NCBI RefSeq assembly: GCF_037042905.1
Contig: NC_087250.1
Span: forward strand, 22,074,001-22,138,000
DNA from: Lytechinus pictus
Lineage: Eukaryota
DNA length: 64,000 nucleotides
Direction of reading: 5' to 3'
Part shown: positions 40,286 through 52,554 of the stretch, in pieces
Layout: each line of letters starts with the position of its first letter
How positions within the stretch are numbered: the first letter of the stretch is position 1
Translations under genes and position numbers: made by a program
The notes under the pieces: generated by a model
Told to the model about the DNA's origin: nothing
Databases searched by the model: none
What the model saw: the letters and a program-made list of their open reading frames with translations, nothing else

Positions 40286-40316
<31 letters not shown>

Positions 40317-42632
40317 TTTGCACAAACATGCTGTATGACATAAGAGGCAGATTAAGCTATAGTACAGTATGTAAGAGAGCATGTTTGTATTTTCTCTTGA
40401 ATATGTTTAATGATTGACTATCTTTTAAATGATTTGGAAGGCTGTTCCAAATCTGGGGCCCTTGATAGCATATACTTGCTCTGGAAACATCATATTTAAG
40501 AAGTGGAATATATAGGTCTGTAGAATTTCTGCAGTTATATTTATTTACGTTATAGTTATAGAGGAAATATTCATTAATTGAGAGAGGAAGTAGATTATGT
40601 ATAATAGAATACATAAAGACTGCAACGTGAAACTTATAAAGGTCATTCAAAGGGATGATTTGTAGTTTTTTGAATAATGGTTCGGAGTGAGCATAATAAT
40701 TTGAGTTTGTTATAATACGGATAGACTGTTTTTGAAGTTGAAATAATCTTTGGAAAAGGTATCTATGACATTGTCCCCATACAGTTATACCATAAGAAAG
40801 ATGCGAGAAAATCATCGAATAATATAAATTTACAAGGACCCTCAGTGGGAGGAGGTCCCTTACTCTGTATAATGCTCCAGTAAATCTTGATATTTTCCCT
40901 GAAATATAGCCGACATGATCTTTCCAAGTTAATTGTGAGTCTATCCATATGCCAAGAAATTTCACAGTATTTTCTCGTTTTATTTCGATGTTATTTATCA
41001 TTAATTGCATATCACAGTTGATGGATCTGCCTTTCGTGTGGAATATAACATATGAAGTTTTTTTAGCATTGATTTGTAATTTGTTACATAAAAACCATTG
41101 CTCATAGATTCTCAACTCATTTTGTAAGTTATTTTTTATCAATTCAATATTATTGCCTGACAGGAAGAAACTAGTGTCATCAGCAAATTGTATCACTGAT
41201 GTATTAGTACTAATATTTTGAAGGTCGTTGATGTATATTAGGAATAACACTGGCCCTAGAATTGAACCCTGAGGGATCCCGGTAGTAATAATTTTCGGTG
41301 AAGATTTAATATTTCTAATTGCAACATATTGTTTTCGGTTTGATAAATAACTTTTAAACCAGTTAAGAACTAACCCTCTAATGCCATAAAAATATAATTT
41401 GTCAAATAGAATACGATGGTCCATGCAATCGAAAGCCTTCGACAGATCAAGGAATATCCCAACTGTTATCTTCCTCTGTTCAAAAGATTTCACTAATTTG
41501 TCAACAAGCTCAATGAAAGCTAAATTTGTATCATAGCCTTGTCTGAATCCATATTGTTTTGGAGATAAAATATCAGCTTTTCTTAAATACGACATTAATT
41601 TTTCACAAGCAATTTTTTCAAATATTTTGCTAAATACACTCAATACCGAAATGGGGCGATAATTATTCAAAATATCCGTGTCACCACTTTTATAAACGGG
41701 AGTAACTCTTGCAGTTTTAAGGCTATCAGGGAAGACACCCGATTCTAACGATTTTTTTATAATAACATGCAGGGGGCGAATAATAAAATGGATAGTTGAC
41801 TTTATAAGTTTAGTAGTAAAGCCGTCGTATCCGTGACTCTTCTTTAACTGTAGTTTTAATACAATCTTTAGAATATCATTTTCTGTAATATCAGTGAAAA
41901 ACATTGAGTTTACATAGTTACCTTTAAGGTATTGCGTGTGGTCATGTATACAATCGGTATTTTCAGCAATTTTATTGTGTATGGTACTGCCAATAGAAGT
42001 GAAAAACATATTAAAGGATTCAGCAATTGTATGAGCATCACTGGTATAATTTCCGTCACAGTTTATGTTCTTAATATTCTGACATTTTGGCTTTCTGTTT
42101 AGTATTTCATTGATGACTTTCCAAGTGGCTCTAGGATTATTTTTCAAATGCTGGAATTTTTCATCAAAGTATTTACGTTTTGCATATCTTATTTCACTGT
42201 TAACCTTATTTCTATGTGCTTTATAATTCATATGGTTAGTAACGGTAGGATTTATAACATATTTTTTAAAAAGTAAATGCTTCTTTTTGCACATTTTTTT
42301 CAATGATTTCGAAAGCCAAGGTTTATCTCTCTTAAAGTATTGTTTCTTTTTTACTTTTATAGGGAAACTATCATCATGGAGTTTTGAATACATGTGTATA
42401 AACATTTCAAATTGCTTATTTACATCTTTTTCATTTTCTAGAAATGACCAGTTAGTGGCTTGCAGTTTGTTACAGAATAGATATACATTTGCATCAGTGT
42501 ACTCTCGGGTTTCATGTTCTTGTACACAATCTAAACTATTATTAGAATTATTTCCGGGTATAATAATAAAAGGAGATAGGTGGTCACTGATATCTACAGT
42601 GAGTATACCCGACTTAATAACCTTTTCGGTTG
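39788..42632 (-). mobile_element. 5'-truncated non-LTR retrotransposon (L2/Crack/CR1 group)
   Basis: RT ORF plus ~570-bp 3'UTR ending AATAAA then (GAATCT)n; inserted within the hAT-like element with no clear TSD. Confidence 0.92.
40357..42630 (-). CDS. LINE ORF2 fragment: end of APE endonuclease plus complete reverse transcriptase
   Basis: The 682-aa ORF has NYRPIS, QYGFR, FLDLSKAFD, GIPQGSILGP, FADD and KFLG motifs. The frame continues upstream without stops through an ISDH endonuclease motif to the truncation point. Confidence 0.92.
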   Translation of the reverse strand, partial: TEKVIKSGILTVDISDHLSPFIIIPGNNSNNSLDCVQEHETREYTDANVYLFCNKLQATNWSFLENEKDVNKQFEMFIHMYSKLHDDSFPIKVKKKQYFKRDKPWLSKSLKKMCKKKHLLFKKYVINPTVTNHMNYKAHRNKVNSEIRYAKRKYFDEKFQHLKNNPRATWKVINEILNRKPKCQNIKNINCDGNYTSDAHTIAESFNMFFTSIGSTIHNKIAENTDCIHDHTQYLKGNYVNSMFFTDITENDILKIVLKLQLKKSHGYDGFTTKLIKSTIHFIIRPLHVIIKKSLESGVFPDSLKTARVTPVYKSGDTDILNNYRPISVLSVFSKIFEKIACEKLMSYLRKADILSPKQYGFRQGYDTNLAFIELVDKLVKSFEQRKITVGIFLDLSKAFDCMDHRILFDKLYFYGIRGLVLNWFKSYLSNRKQYVAIRNIKSSPKIITTGIPQGSILGPVLFLIYINDLQNISTNTSVIQFADDTSFFLSGNNIELIKNNLQNELRIYEQWFLCNKLQINAKKTSYVIFHTKGRSINCDMQLMINNIEIKRENTVKFLGIWIDSQLTWKDHVGYISGKISRFTGALYRVRDLLPLRVLVNLYYSMIFSHLSYGITVWGQCHRYLFQRLFQLQKQSIRIITNSNYYAHSEPLFKKLQIIPLNDLYKFHVAVFMYSIIHNLLPLSINEYFLYNYNVNKYNCRNSTDLYIPLLKYDVSRASICYQGPQIWNSLPNHLKDSQSLNIFKRKYKHALLHTVL

Positions 42633-43534
42633 GAATGAAAACAATGAAATGTGTTATTTGCTGAATAAAATGGAAAAATCTATCACATAATTAGAATTTA
42701 ATTTCAGTAGGCAATTTTTTCCAGCTCGCTTTGCACGCTGGCGACTTTTTACAAAATTTTCCCACATTGCTATGTTTTGCCCCCTCAAAATATTTGGTTC
42801 ATTATGCAACTGGGTTTAATAAATGTGTTGTGTAAAAGCTATATTCTGTATATGCCCGCGATTTGATTAAAATTGCGGAAATCTGCGAGGTTTAAATGGC
42901 TTTGATATCAAGAAGTTCCGGGGGCTCCGCCCCGGACCCCAAACGCGTATGGAAGGGTTGGGCCATGGCCCCAAAAAGTTCTACAGACAAGAACAACAAA
43001 AAAGGAGGAAAGAAAAGCAAAGGAAAATTGTAGGATATGATTTTAATTACTGAAAACAATGTCAAAAAATAGCTCAAAGTTAGATTCTCATGAAAAGTTG
43101 ATTTTTTTCTCGCTCGCTTCGCTCGCTCGGGACTTATATATAAAGCAGCTTTTTAGCACATGTGCTATACTGCGCCCCTCGTTGTTTTTTTGTTTTGTTT
43201 TGTTTTTTACTCTTCACGCTACTGCCGCAAAGAATCCTGTTCACAGTGGCGTACAGACCACCGTGACAAAAAAGGAATCTAAAGAGAGAAGAATTAAATA
43301 TATTATTCTTTGGATATTATGTCAAAATCTATCACAAAATTTGATTTTTGTATCAAAAAGGTGAAAAATTTTGCTCGCTCGCTTCGCTCGCTCGCAACCT
43401 TTTTTAAAGATATATTCTGGCCTTCTCAAAATAGTCGCCTCATTACACCATTACGCCTGTTCATACCATGATATGACCGGGAAATTTTTGGCTCTTGCCC
43501 CCCCTGGCCACCGACCCCTGTTACGCCGCTGTCA

Positions 43535-43690
43535 GGGGCGCATTTCATGAAAGACTTGTCGGACATTTTATCCGACAAAGTCCCATTTTATCGGACAGTT
43601 ACCATAGTAACACTGCTTCTCAACCAATCAAAATGAGGGAAAGATGTCAGATCTGACAACTTGTCGGACGAAAATGTTGATGAAACGCCC
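43535..43690. mobile_element. Short MITE containing X-box and CCAAT motifs
   Basis: GGGGCGCATTTCAT / ATGAAACGCCCC ends; GTTACCATAGTAAC at 43598-43611; CCAAT at 43624-43628. Confidence 0.65.
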
Positions 43691-44458
43691 CCCCCCCCTC
43701 CCTGATCTAAATAGTGTTTGCATTGATGAAAGCATGTTCCTATAGTTCGAGCATTATACACACGAATTAAATCCGTATGGTTTCGTGACCTAAGTTTGCA
43801 TATGTATGTAAATTGTCTGCCTAATATTCCATGTTACCCGATTTACCCCTGTGCCTATGTATCCTAGGTACAGCTTCCATTATGTTCTTTAAAGTTACAT
43901 TCCCTTGTCTGAAGCCACGTGAGTCAGTATCATTGCAGAAAACGCTCTTTATCCCCCTCCCGGGGGGTACCTAGTAAAAATGTATAATACGTATATGTGT
44001 CGCTGTTGAGACCCCGATTTACAGCCTAAATTTCCATTCTAGAGCATCACTATTTCAGAAAGCCATAGATATTCATATTTTTTCCAGTTTCGGAGACCCT
44101 TAATTCTTGATTTCTCGTTTCAATGCAGGGGCGGATCCAGCTTTCGCCAATAGGGGGGGGGGGGGGGGCGAACAAATATTTGACCCATTTTGTCCCCCGA
44201 TCGGCCGCTCAACAAAGTTGATTTTCAAAATTGGATGTAAAATAAGAAAGTTGTTAGTTTCTAAAGCCCCCTATTTTCGACTTTGGCGCGGCACATAGGT
44301 ACCATGTTACAATTTGAGTATTTACTTGTTGTTTAGTTAGCTTTTGCTTGCAAGGCCGTACGCTTCGTCAGACCTTCGTCGTAGGTGGCGCTGTTGCTGG
44401 AGCAGCACTGTTGATCAACATGATAAAGTCGTACTTTGCATCCTCTGGCAAAAGGCGC

Positions 44459-44466
44459 TATATAAA
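44459..44466 (+). promoter_or_regulatory. Putative TATA box of the SLC6 gene
   Basis: TATATAAA with GC-rich flanks, about 90 bp upstream of the ATG at 44551. Confidence 0.5.
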
Positions 44467-44550
44467 CCCAGCTACTGCAGAACACCTGTCAGACTGGACT
44501 TGCCGATGTGACCAAAGCTTTACCACTGCATATAAAAGTATTTTGGAAAA

Positions 44551-44758
44551 ATGGACCAGAACTCAGAGGAATTGGCCCCAGTGGCCAAGGAACTGAAGGA
44601 GAAAGAACTCCAAGAAGGCGAGATTGAGAATGAAACAGGAAGGAAAGATCGCGGGACCTGGACCAGCCAATTGGACTTTCTTCTGACCTTGATAGGAGCA
44701 TCTGTGGGACTTGGAAATGTTTGGCGATTCCCTTATTTGTGTTACAAGAACGGAGGAG
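44551..44758 (+). CDS. SLC6 Na+/Cl--dependent transporter (GABA/taurine/creatine-type), coding exon 1
   Basis: R.TW...LDF......[20 protein letters not shown] signature; donor G|GTAAAT, phase 1. Confidence 0.95.
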
Positions 44759-45848
44759 GTAAATATGTCTCGTAGCTGAGGCGTTCAGATGGGGGAGGGC
44801 TTAGGGAGCTCTTGCCCCCCCCCCCCCAAAAAAAAAAAAAAGAGAGAGAGAGAAACGGGTGTGTAATATAACATCATATTTTGAATATTATGTCAAAATC
44901 TATCTCAAAATTGGATTCTATTTTACCTGTCAGTTACGCTCGCTCGCAACTTTTTATTCATTTTACGCGATACGACATATTAAGCACCCTAATTTTGGGG
45001 CTCATTACGTCTCTTAAGTTGATTAATAACATTTGTCTTTCTTTGAAAACTTTAAAAGTATAATGATGACCACTACTTCATGATTTTTTATCATTTTGGT
45101 AACTTTCAGCTTTGTTTGAATAAGATCAATATCAAGCTATATTAGAATATTTTGTATTTTTTTAAATACATTTTATGAATAAATTCGATACTGTATTATC
45201 ATGTTTTACCTCAAGTGTACATTTTTTTTTTGTGTGTTTGTTTTACACAATTTATACATTATAGTTTTTTACAGTATTATTACCATAATAATAGCAATTA
45301 ACATCATCGTAACATTCATAATCACTATTGTCATTATTATCATCATTACTACTATTTGTACTATCGTATGCTGACTATTATTTGAGAGAAATTAAGTACT
45401 AATGTATGTATTTATATCAAAATTGAAGGTTCATAAAATTCACTCATATTATGTATATGATGTGTCACGACTAAAATTAACCTCCCCTTTAATATTAATA
45501 ATAGTAATAATAATAAATAAATGAATTAATAATATAACAAATTGAATAAGATAAAAAAAAAATAAGAAATGAAATGAAATACATAAATAATGAAAATAAA
45601 TAAGGACTAGGACAATCAGAAGGATTTTTATTTTGAGACTGAAGGAAATTTGGATTCGTCTTAACTTTGCAGTTTATTTTACTATACCACATATTTATTA
45701 CATAATGAGGTATGCACTGATGTGTTTCATATAAAGATATGCCAGTTCTGCTGTATCAATGTATTTAACAAATTTAAAGAGTATGAATCTTGGGTTGTCA
45801 TTTTTGTTTCAAGTAATCCGATTTTCCGCTTGAAAATCCTTCTCCTGC

Positions 45849-46002
45849 GTGTGTGTGTGTGTATTTGAGTTTTGTCAGACGTGTTCCAATCAGATATGAT
45901 TAATTACGTCTGGGACCGACCTTTAACGTCACCATCCGAAAGACGTGACCGGGTAACTTCCCCACAGCTTAATTGGATTACAGGCGCACGCCACAACGCC
46001 CA
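45849..46002 (-). mobile_element. SINE-like element with 7SL-like 5' end, internally deleted copy
   Basis: Reverse complement matches 55085-55263 except for the missing B-box segment; (CA)n tail. Confidence 0.7.
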
Positions 46003-46339
46003 TTTTTTTTAAAACAAACCTGCTAATTGTGGCTGGCGTAATACGTTGGTGGTGGATTATTTCTTTGCGTGTTTGTGTGTGTATGAGGAACGATGTTTTC
46101 AGTACACTTAATATATGATTCCTGCTAAAACAGTAAACAAATTCAATGTAAACACATCAAAATAGTAAACAAAACAATGTAAACAAAACTAAATTATACG
46201 AGTTTTATCAATGCAGAATGAATTAGTGCAGAATCAAATCAAATGATATCCACAAAGGGGTATCGTCTCAGACTTGCGATAGTCTATTCAAGTCCACTAA
46301 CAGCGTCGCATCGTTACTATATATTTTTTGTCCTTCTAG

Positions 46340-46471
46340 GAGCGTTCCTGATTCCTTATTTCATCTGTTTGATTCTCGGTGGGATTCCGCAGTTGATTCT
46401 TGAGGTCGGTCTTGGGCAATGGACCAATCAGGCTGCCGTCACTTCCTGGGACATCTGCCCGATCTTCAAAG
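46340..46471 (+). CDS. SLC6 transporter coding exon 2
   Basis: AG|GA GCG...: [27 protein letters not shown]...W.ICPIFKG; donor GTAAGC. Confidence 0.95.
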
Positions 46472-47878
46472 GTAAGCCAGTGGATTTCTTAAAGGGAGAG
46501 CGAACTAGCAATAATGTATAGCACCACCTCAAGTCCTCGTATCTGGCCAGGATCCTGGCCCATAATGCAATATTCTAAGCAGTGAAGTCTTGTAAAATAG
46601 GCCTACTTGAATGACCACACTGCCTGATCTTCAAAGGTTAGTGAATGGATTACTTAAAGGGGAAGTTCACCCCGACAAAAAGTATATTGTAAAAATAGCA
46701 GAAAAAATAATAAAAAATATATTGCCAAATGTCTGAGAAAAAAAAATCCATTAAAGAATATAAACGTTATTAGAATCAAAATTATTTGATCTGTGCCATC
46801 ATAATGCGAGCAGCATTCTCACATAGCGAAACCCTTGCACCGTTTATCTTTTTTTAAACAATGCTGTATACACCCATCGTACAGTAGTTGTACAAACAGT
46901 TTTTAAAAAAGTGTTTAAAATCTTGAACAACAAAGTTTAATTTATATTATTTAATTCTCTATGAAATAATTAAGCATGGTTGTTTTAAACAACTACTGTA
47001 CGATTCATATAGTAAACGGCGTTGTAAAAAAAAGAATAAAAGGCATTTATTTTTGTGATGGAGCAAGATACCGTACTGTTAGAAAATTTGTACTTGAAAA
47101 AAAAAATTCCTGCAGCAGAGTCTCGAAAACACATGTAATCTAACTGCATTGTGTAATCTTACATGCGTTTGTGTAAAATTACAGAAAATTGTTTTTTTGG
47201 TGTATGTTACCTTGTAAATTTATTGTACTAAAACATATTTCCCTTTTTTTTAACAGACTTGTTCTGTAAAATTGTAGAAAATATTTCCTGTTATAACAAT
47301 TTAGAGAATGATTTGGTTATTATTTTCTTTCTGTTAAAACTTTTTTTTTTCTTCTGTAAAATCTTCAGTTTTTTTCTAACAGTTTATTTTGTTTTAAAAA
47401 TGGAAAAGATCTTTAAACGTTTGAAAGCGATAGGAAACACAATACGAAAGCCATATATTATCGTTTGAATGTCGAGATCGCTAATGCTATGGAAATCGCC
47501 TCATTTGGCAATGCGACCAAGATGTATGATGTCAAGCGTAAACAACTCACCCCTTTTAATACTAGAAATATACCATCAAATATCTCTATCATGGTCATTC
47601 TTATGATACAAACTCTTTGTCCATGATATATTTGTGAAACCGTTATCACGTCAATCACAACAGCACATGTCTCCCCATGAAAGGAATACTTGGGTCCCGC
47701 TTCATTAAGACTAATTGTTTATAGTTAGAATGCATACATTTCTGTATCAAGATTACTACCAGCCAATCAAATCAATTGATTTCAGTAGCTTTTAACTATC
47801 ATAGAAAATGTGTTATAATACAAAGTTTTAAGAAGTGGGCCCTTGGGTCCCAATTCATAAACACTTGTTTTAATGTAG

Positions 47879-48150
47879 GTGCGTCGTGGTCTAGTGGTTC
47901 TGACTCTCGCCATTTAAATAGAGGGTCTTGGGTTCGAATCCTAGCCATGGTGTGTTTTCCTTCGGCAAGAAATTTATCCACACTGTGCTGCATTCGACCC
48001 AGGTGAGATAAATGGGTACCGGCAGGAAGTAATTCCTCAAAAAGCTGTGAGCACAAGAATCGGTAGACTAGCTAAGCCGGGGTAATATAGAAGCATTCTG
48101 AGCACCTAGCAAGGTGGATACCTGCAATATACAAATCGTACATATTATTT
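47879..48150 (+). mobile_element. tRNA-derived SINE with Deu/Nin-like core (SURF1-like)
   Basis: A box TGGTCTAGTGG, B box GGTTCGAATCC, core GACCCAGGTG...AAATGGGTACC. Confidence 0.8.
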
Positions 48151-49847
48151 TTCTTTAATAACGAATGCATAAATTTATATAACAAAATTATTATCAGCCA
48201 ATCAAATTGATTTCAGTAGTTTTAAACTATTATTACAAATTATATGGTAACAAGTTTTAGGAAATGGGTCCTTGGATCCCGTTTCAGAAACACTTGTTAC
48301 AATAACAAATTGACATTTTCTACAACAAATTCACTATCAGCCAATCAGATTGGATTATTTCAGTAGCTTTTAACTGTTATTGCATCTTTGTTTATTGTAA
48401 CAATTTTTATGAAATGGGTCCTTAATCTCTGCGGAAACACTTGTGATAATATGAGTAAAATACGTACAGATGCAACGGGGAGGAGCTACATGTATATTAC
48501 ACCACTTAACTTGGTTTTTTTATGATGAACATTGTATATTGGAGGATGTCTCTCATTCTATATATAGCAAGATCTCAACAATTAAATGCTCATAGTTGTC
48601 GCGAAACTTTGGGACTTAACATGACTTCCATTGATTTGGGATTATTTTTTTTTGTAAATGTGTTTTATTATTTCTCTATTGGTCTCAATAGCTTCATCCC
48701 CCTGAGCCGTAGACGATAATTACGTCTGATATTGATCAGAAATGTTGAACAAAATGTGGGCTTCACGGCTTTAAAAATCTACAACAAGACTTTAATCTAA
48801 GCAGGCTTTTGTGTAGGCAAAATAACAAAGGATATTAAGTTGTAAGAAATCGTAAAGATATGCAGCGGATCATATTGATCCACAAGTTCGCACAAAAGAA
48901 AATTACGAGTTGTTTTTAACCCTTTGACGGGACTTTATCCAGAACGGAATGCTGTGTAACAAAAATAACACAGAAGTCTCCGAGTAACATATTTATGCAT
49001 AAATGCAGGTAGAACATACGATATTGATTTGCAAGCTCGAACCAAATATAAATTACTAGAAGTTGATAAAGTGGTATAAGACTATAGGTGTCATCCGAAA
49101 CGGAATGAAAGTTTAAAGGTTTACAAACTGTAAAGAAATGAAGCAGATGATAGTAATCAGAAAAGGCAAAAGCAAAATGAGTAGAATTCTGAAACTGTAT
49201 TTCAGAACTCACTTTATGGTATTTGAAGAAAAAAAAATCAAAATTCTACAACTTGTAACGAACTATAAAGAAACTGCCAGTAGTAGTGTATTAATTAAAT
49301 AAGCAATTCCTTGGAACTTTTTTTGTCAGACAGATTTTCAACTGACTTACTGTCACCAGTACGTTCGCGTGGATCTGTGCATGTAGTATTATTTAAGATA
49401 AATACTAGACCTCCATGCATTGACGTTATTAGAGCATGGAGCTCCATGATAAGTGCATGGGAACCTTGCCATGCAATAACTACCAATGTAACTTTGCTTA
49501 AAGGCCCATACAAACATGATTCCATAAAGAGATACAATGCCTAGATAGTAAAGTATCCACATCATGATATATTACGATAATACACAGCACTGAAGGCTTT
49601 CGTAAGAATTAAACGAACGTTTACGGGGTACATTCGGAACACTTCTTACACACCTGACATGCCTGAGGCAAACTGGTCAATATAACTAGTTATTAGTACC
49701 AGTCATTGGCAACTTTTCCTTTGAGCTAAAAATCTGGTCACGCGATGTATTTCAACCAATCATTTGGTGATATGGATCTAAACAATACAACAAAAACTAA
49801 AAAAAAACAGTTAACAGATTATTGTCATTGAAAGAAGGCTAAACCAG

Positions 49848-50467
49848 GGGGGTGTTTCACACAGATTTAAGTGTGACTTAAAGTCGCACTTAAATGCCAA
49901 TAATTGCGTGCGGTATGAAAGGCTTAACCGCATTGGTCAGATCGTGCCATGAAAACGCGCACTACTGCATATCAATCAATAAGATCGCGCGATGCATATC
50001 TTGTACGCGTCGGCACTTTAAGACGACCGCACACCTTACGATTGGTCTGCGACCCGATTTCAGAATAAAATGTAGTAGAATTTGATGCTAATATTGAGAC
50101 TTGGAATATCTTACTGTGTAATGTTCTAAATCATCGTAAGAATTCTTATGTTCAAATCCGTGACTATGCTATCATCCTTATTAGAATAAAAGTGAATTTG
50201 ATATCTTGTCGTAATGTCATAGCAATCGTACGATTGGCTACGATTTGAAACTAATTTGGCATTTACTCCAAAATAAAGACTTGCAATCTTTAAAAAAAGT
50301 TTTTATTAGTATTCTTTCAATTAATTTTAACCTCAAATAAAATGAAATGTTCCATTCACATTTTCAGAAAATGAGCAAAATGCGATTTGTTCCAAAATCA
50401 GATCGCGAACAGTCGTAAGGTGTGCGGTGGCCTTAAGTCATACGTATGTCTTTGTGAAACATCCCCC
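49848..50467. mobile_element. MITE with a nested TTAA-flanked MITE (50017-50436)
   Basis: GGGGTGTTTCACA / TGTGAAACATCCCC ends; the nested element is the inverted copy of 3984-4403. Confidence 0.7.
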
Positions 50468-50497
50468 GGATCTATTTTGTCTTCTTTCTTTTTTTAG

Positions 50498-50795
50498 GTC
50501 TCGGCCCTGCTGGGATGTTTATCCAGTTCTTCTTCGACATCTACTACATTGTCATCATGGCGTGGGCCTGCTATTACATGTTCATGTCGTTCACATCCAA
50601 GCTACCATACTCCCACTGCGACAACGAGTGGAATACTCCTTGCTGCTTTGCAACGGGCGATATCGGCGTTGACAAGGCGAATGACACCACTGTGATGACG
50701 ACGGCCGCAATGTCATACGACCCGACCGGGGCACAGTCCACCAACGTCACCGAGCATTGCAATGAAACAGTTTCATCGACTGTTGAATTCTGGGA
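50498..50795 (+). CDS. SLC6 transporter coding exon 3 (TM3 and EL2)
   Basis: GLG...IYYIVIMAW..YY...SF...LP...C.N.WNT..C...EFW; N-glycosylation sequons NDT, NVT, NET; canonical AG/GT with consistent phase. Confidence 0.95.
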
Positions 50796-50925
50796 GTAAG
50801 TTACCAACTTCCGGTTCTCTAGTCGCGACAGTCCCATGAATAAACCTGACTCCAAACCGACCGATGGTATGTCATTGGTACAAATTAATAAGATTTGTTA
50901 GTCTGACATAGCCAATGTGACTCTA

Positions 50926-51182
50926 CACACTAAGAAATAAAGGTTCAAAATTGAACCCCAAAGGTTGATGCAAAATCAGCACCCTATGGGTTCAAAAATT
51001 GAACCCCTGATTGGGGTTCATTTTTGCACCCTGCGGGTTCAAAACTGCACCCCTAGGGGTTCAATTTGAAATTTAGGGGAGCAGTTTTGAACCCGCAGGG
51101 TGCAAAAATGAACCCCAACCAGGGGTTCAATTTTTTAACCCCAATCAGGGGTTCAATTTTGAACCTTTATTTTTTTAGTGTG
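50926..51182. mobile_element. CACTA-terminated palindromic MITE
   Basis: CACTAAGAAATAAAGGTTCAAAATTGAACCCC / GGGGTTCAATTTTGAACCTTTATTTTTTTAGTG. Confidence 0.7.
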
Positions 51183-51249
51183 TATACCCCTTCTAAACGT
51201 AGTAACTGTAAAATATTGTTTTATCATTTTTTTTTCATTCATAAAACAC

Positions 51250-51814
51250 TTAAAGGGATGGTCCGGGCTGAAAATATTTATATCTTAAGACATAGAGTAG
51301 AATTCACTGAGCAAAATGCCAAAAAAATCATCAAAATCGGATAACAAATAATAAAGTTATTGAAGTTTAAAGTTTAGCAATATTTTGTGAAAACAGTCAT
51401 CATGAATATTCATTAGGTGGGCTGCTGATGTCACATCTCCACTTTCCGTTTTCTTATGTTATTACATAAACTCATCATTTTTTCATTATTTCATACTTGT
51501 GTGAATAATATGTCTCCCTTATAATGAAATAAGTTGCAGCAATAAATATCTAACGCACTGAATCAGTTGTCAATCCAATTTTTCTAGTTCTTGGAGGAAA
51601 AAAATTTAATAAACCTAATTTCATATAACAAAATACAAAAGAACAAGTGGAGATGTGATTCATGACGACTGTTTTCACAACATATTGCTAAACTTTAAAA
51701 TTCAATAACTCTGTTATTTTTTATCCGATTTTGATGAAATTTTCGGAATTTTGCTCAGTGAATTCTACTCTATTTATTAATTTATACATACCCTCAGCCC
51801 GGACCATCGCTTTA
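51250..51814. mobile_element. TTAA-flanked MITE (related family)
   Basis: TTAAAGGGATGGTCCGGGCTG / CAGCCCGGACCATCGCTTTAA. Confidence 0.8.
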
Positions 51815-51861
51815 AAACACGAACCATTTTGATAAATTTGTTTTATCCTTTATCTATATAG

Positions 51862-52000
51862 TCGTAAGATTCTCCAGATACATTTATCAGATGGCATCCA
51901 TGACCTCGGTGGCATCAACTGGCAGCTCTTACTCTGCATGTTCCTCGCCTGGTTTATATGCTATCTATGCATTTGCAAAGGTGTCAAGACATCGGGAAAG
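51862..52000 (+). CDS. SLC6 transporter coding exon 4 (not in the ORF track)
   Basis: Manual translation RKILQIHLSDGIHDLGGINWQLLLCMFLAWFICYLCICKGVKTSGK; AG/GT boundaries, phase 2 to 0. Confidence 0.95.
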
Positions 52001-52554
52001 GTAAAATGGCTTTGTGTGTGCTTTGTGCGATGTTAGTGAGTTTTCGGAACGCTATGCAGACTCTTTCTGGAACAGAGATAATCTATTGTCAAAAGCCGTT
52101 CATGAAAAATTAGTCTTTGTCGAATTTCTGTGAATCAAAACAACAGTGCCGTCAGTGACTCTGGACAAACGAAATTTTTCGTTAGCTCAGAATCTTTTAG
52201 ACGATCAGCTCTCCCGGTTCACCAATTTTCGACAAAGACCTCTCAGCTGTTCATTGTGATTTGACGGGCATCTTCAATGAATTTACTATGTTCTAGAATC
52301 GGTCTCCATTGTAGTTGCAAAAACTTCCTAATGACACCGATGAACCCAACACCAGAGTCCCGTTTCATAAAGACCTTTATAATAACATAATTTGCTATCA
52401 GCCAATCAGATTGAAAGATTTCAGTAGCTTTTAACGGTTATTGCATTTTTTTATTATAACAGTTTTTTTAAACGGACTGCAGGCAGACCAAATCTATTTT
52501 ATATTTCTAAGGACTTTCTGTTGGTCGGTTCGAGTCGGCTTTGTTGGTGTGACT

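Larger units (their letters stand above)
39106..43531. mobile_element. Second copy of the 1.6-kb hAT-like element, interrupted by a LINE
   Basis: Same TIRs as 18015-19617; 8-bp TSD TCAGGGGC (39098-39105, 43532-43539). Confidence 0.9.

Noticed and set aside
47879..47950. tRNA gene
   Set aside because: A and B boxes are present but it continues into a SINE core and lacks a clean acceptor stem.
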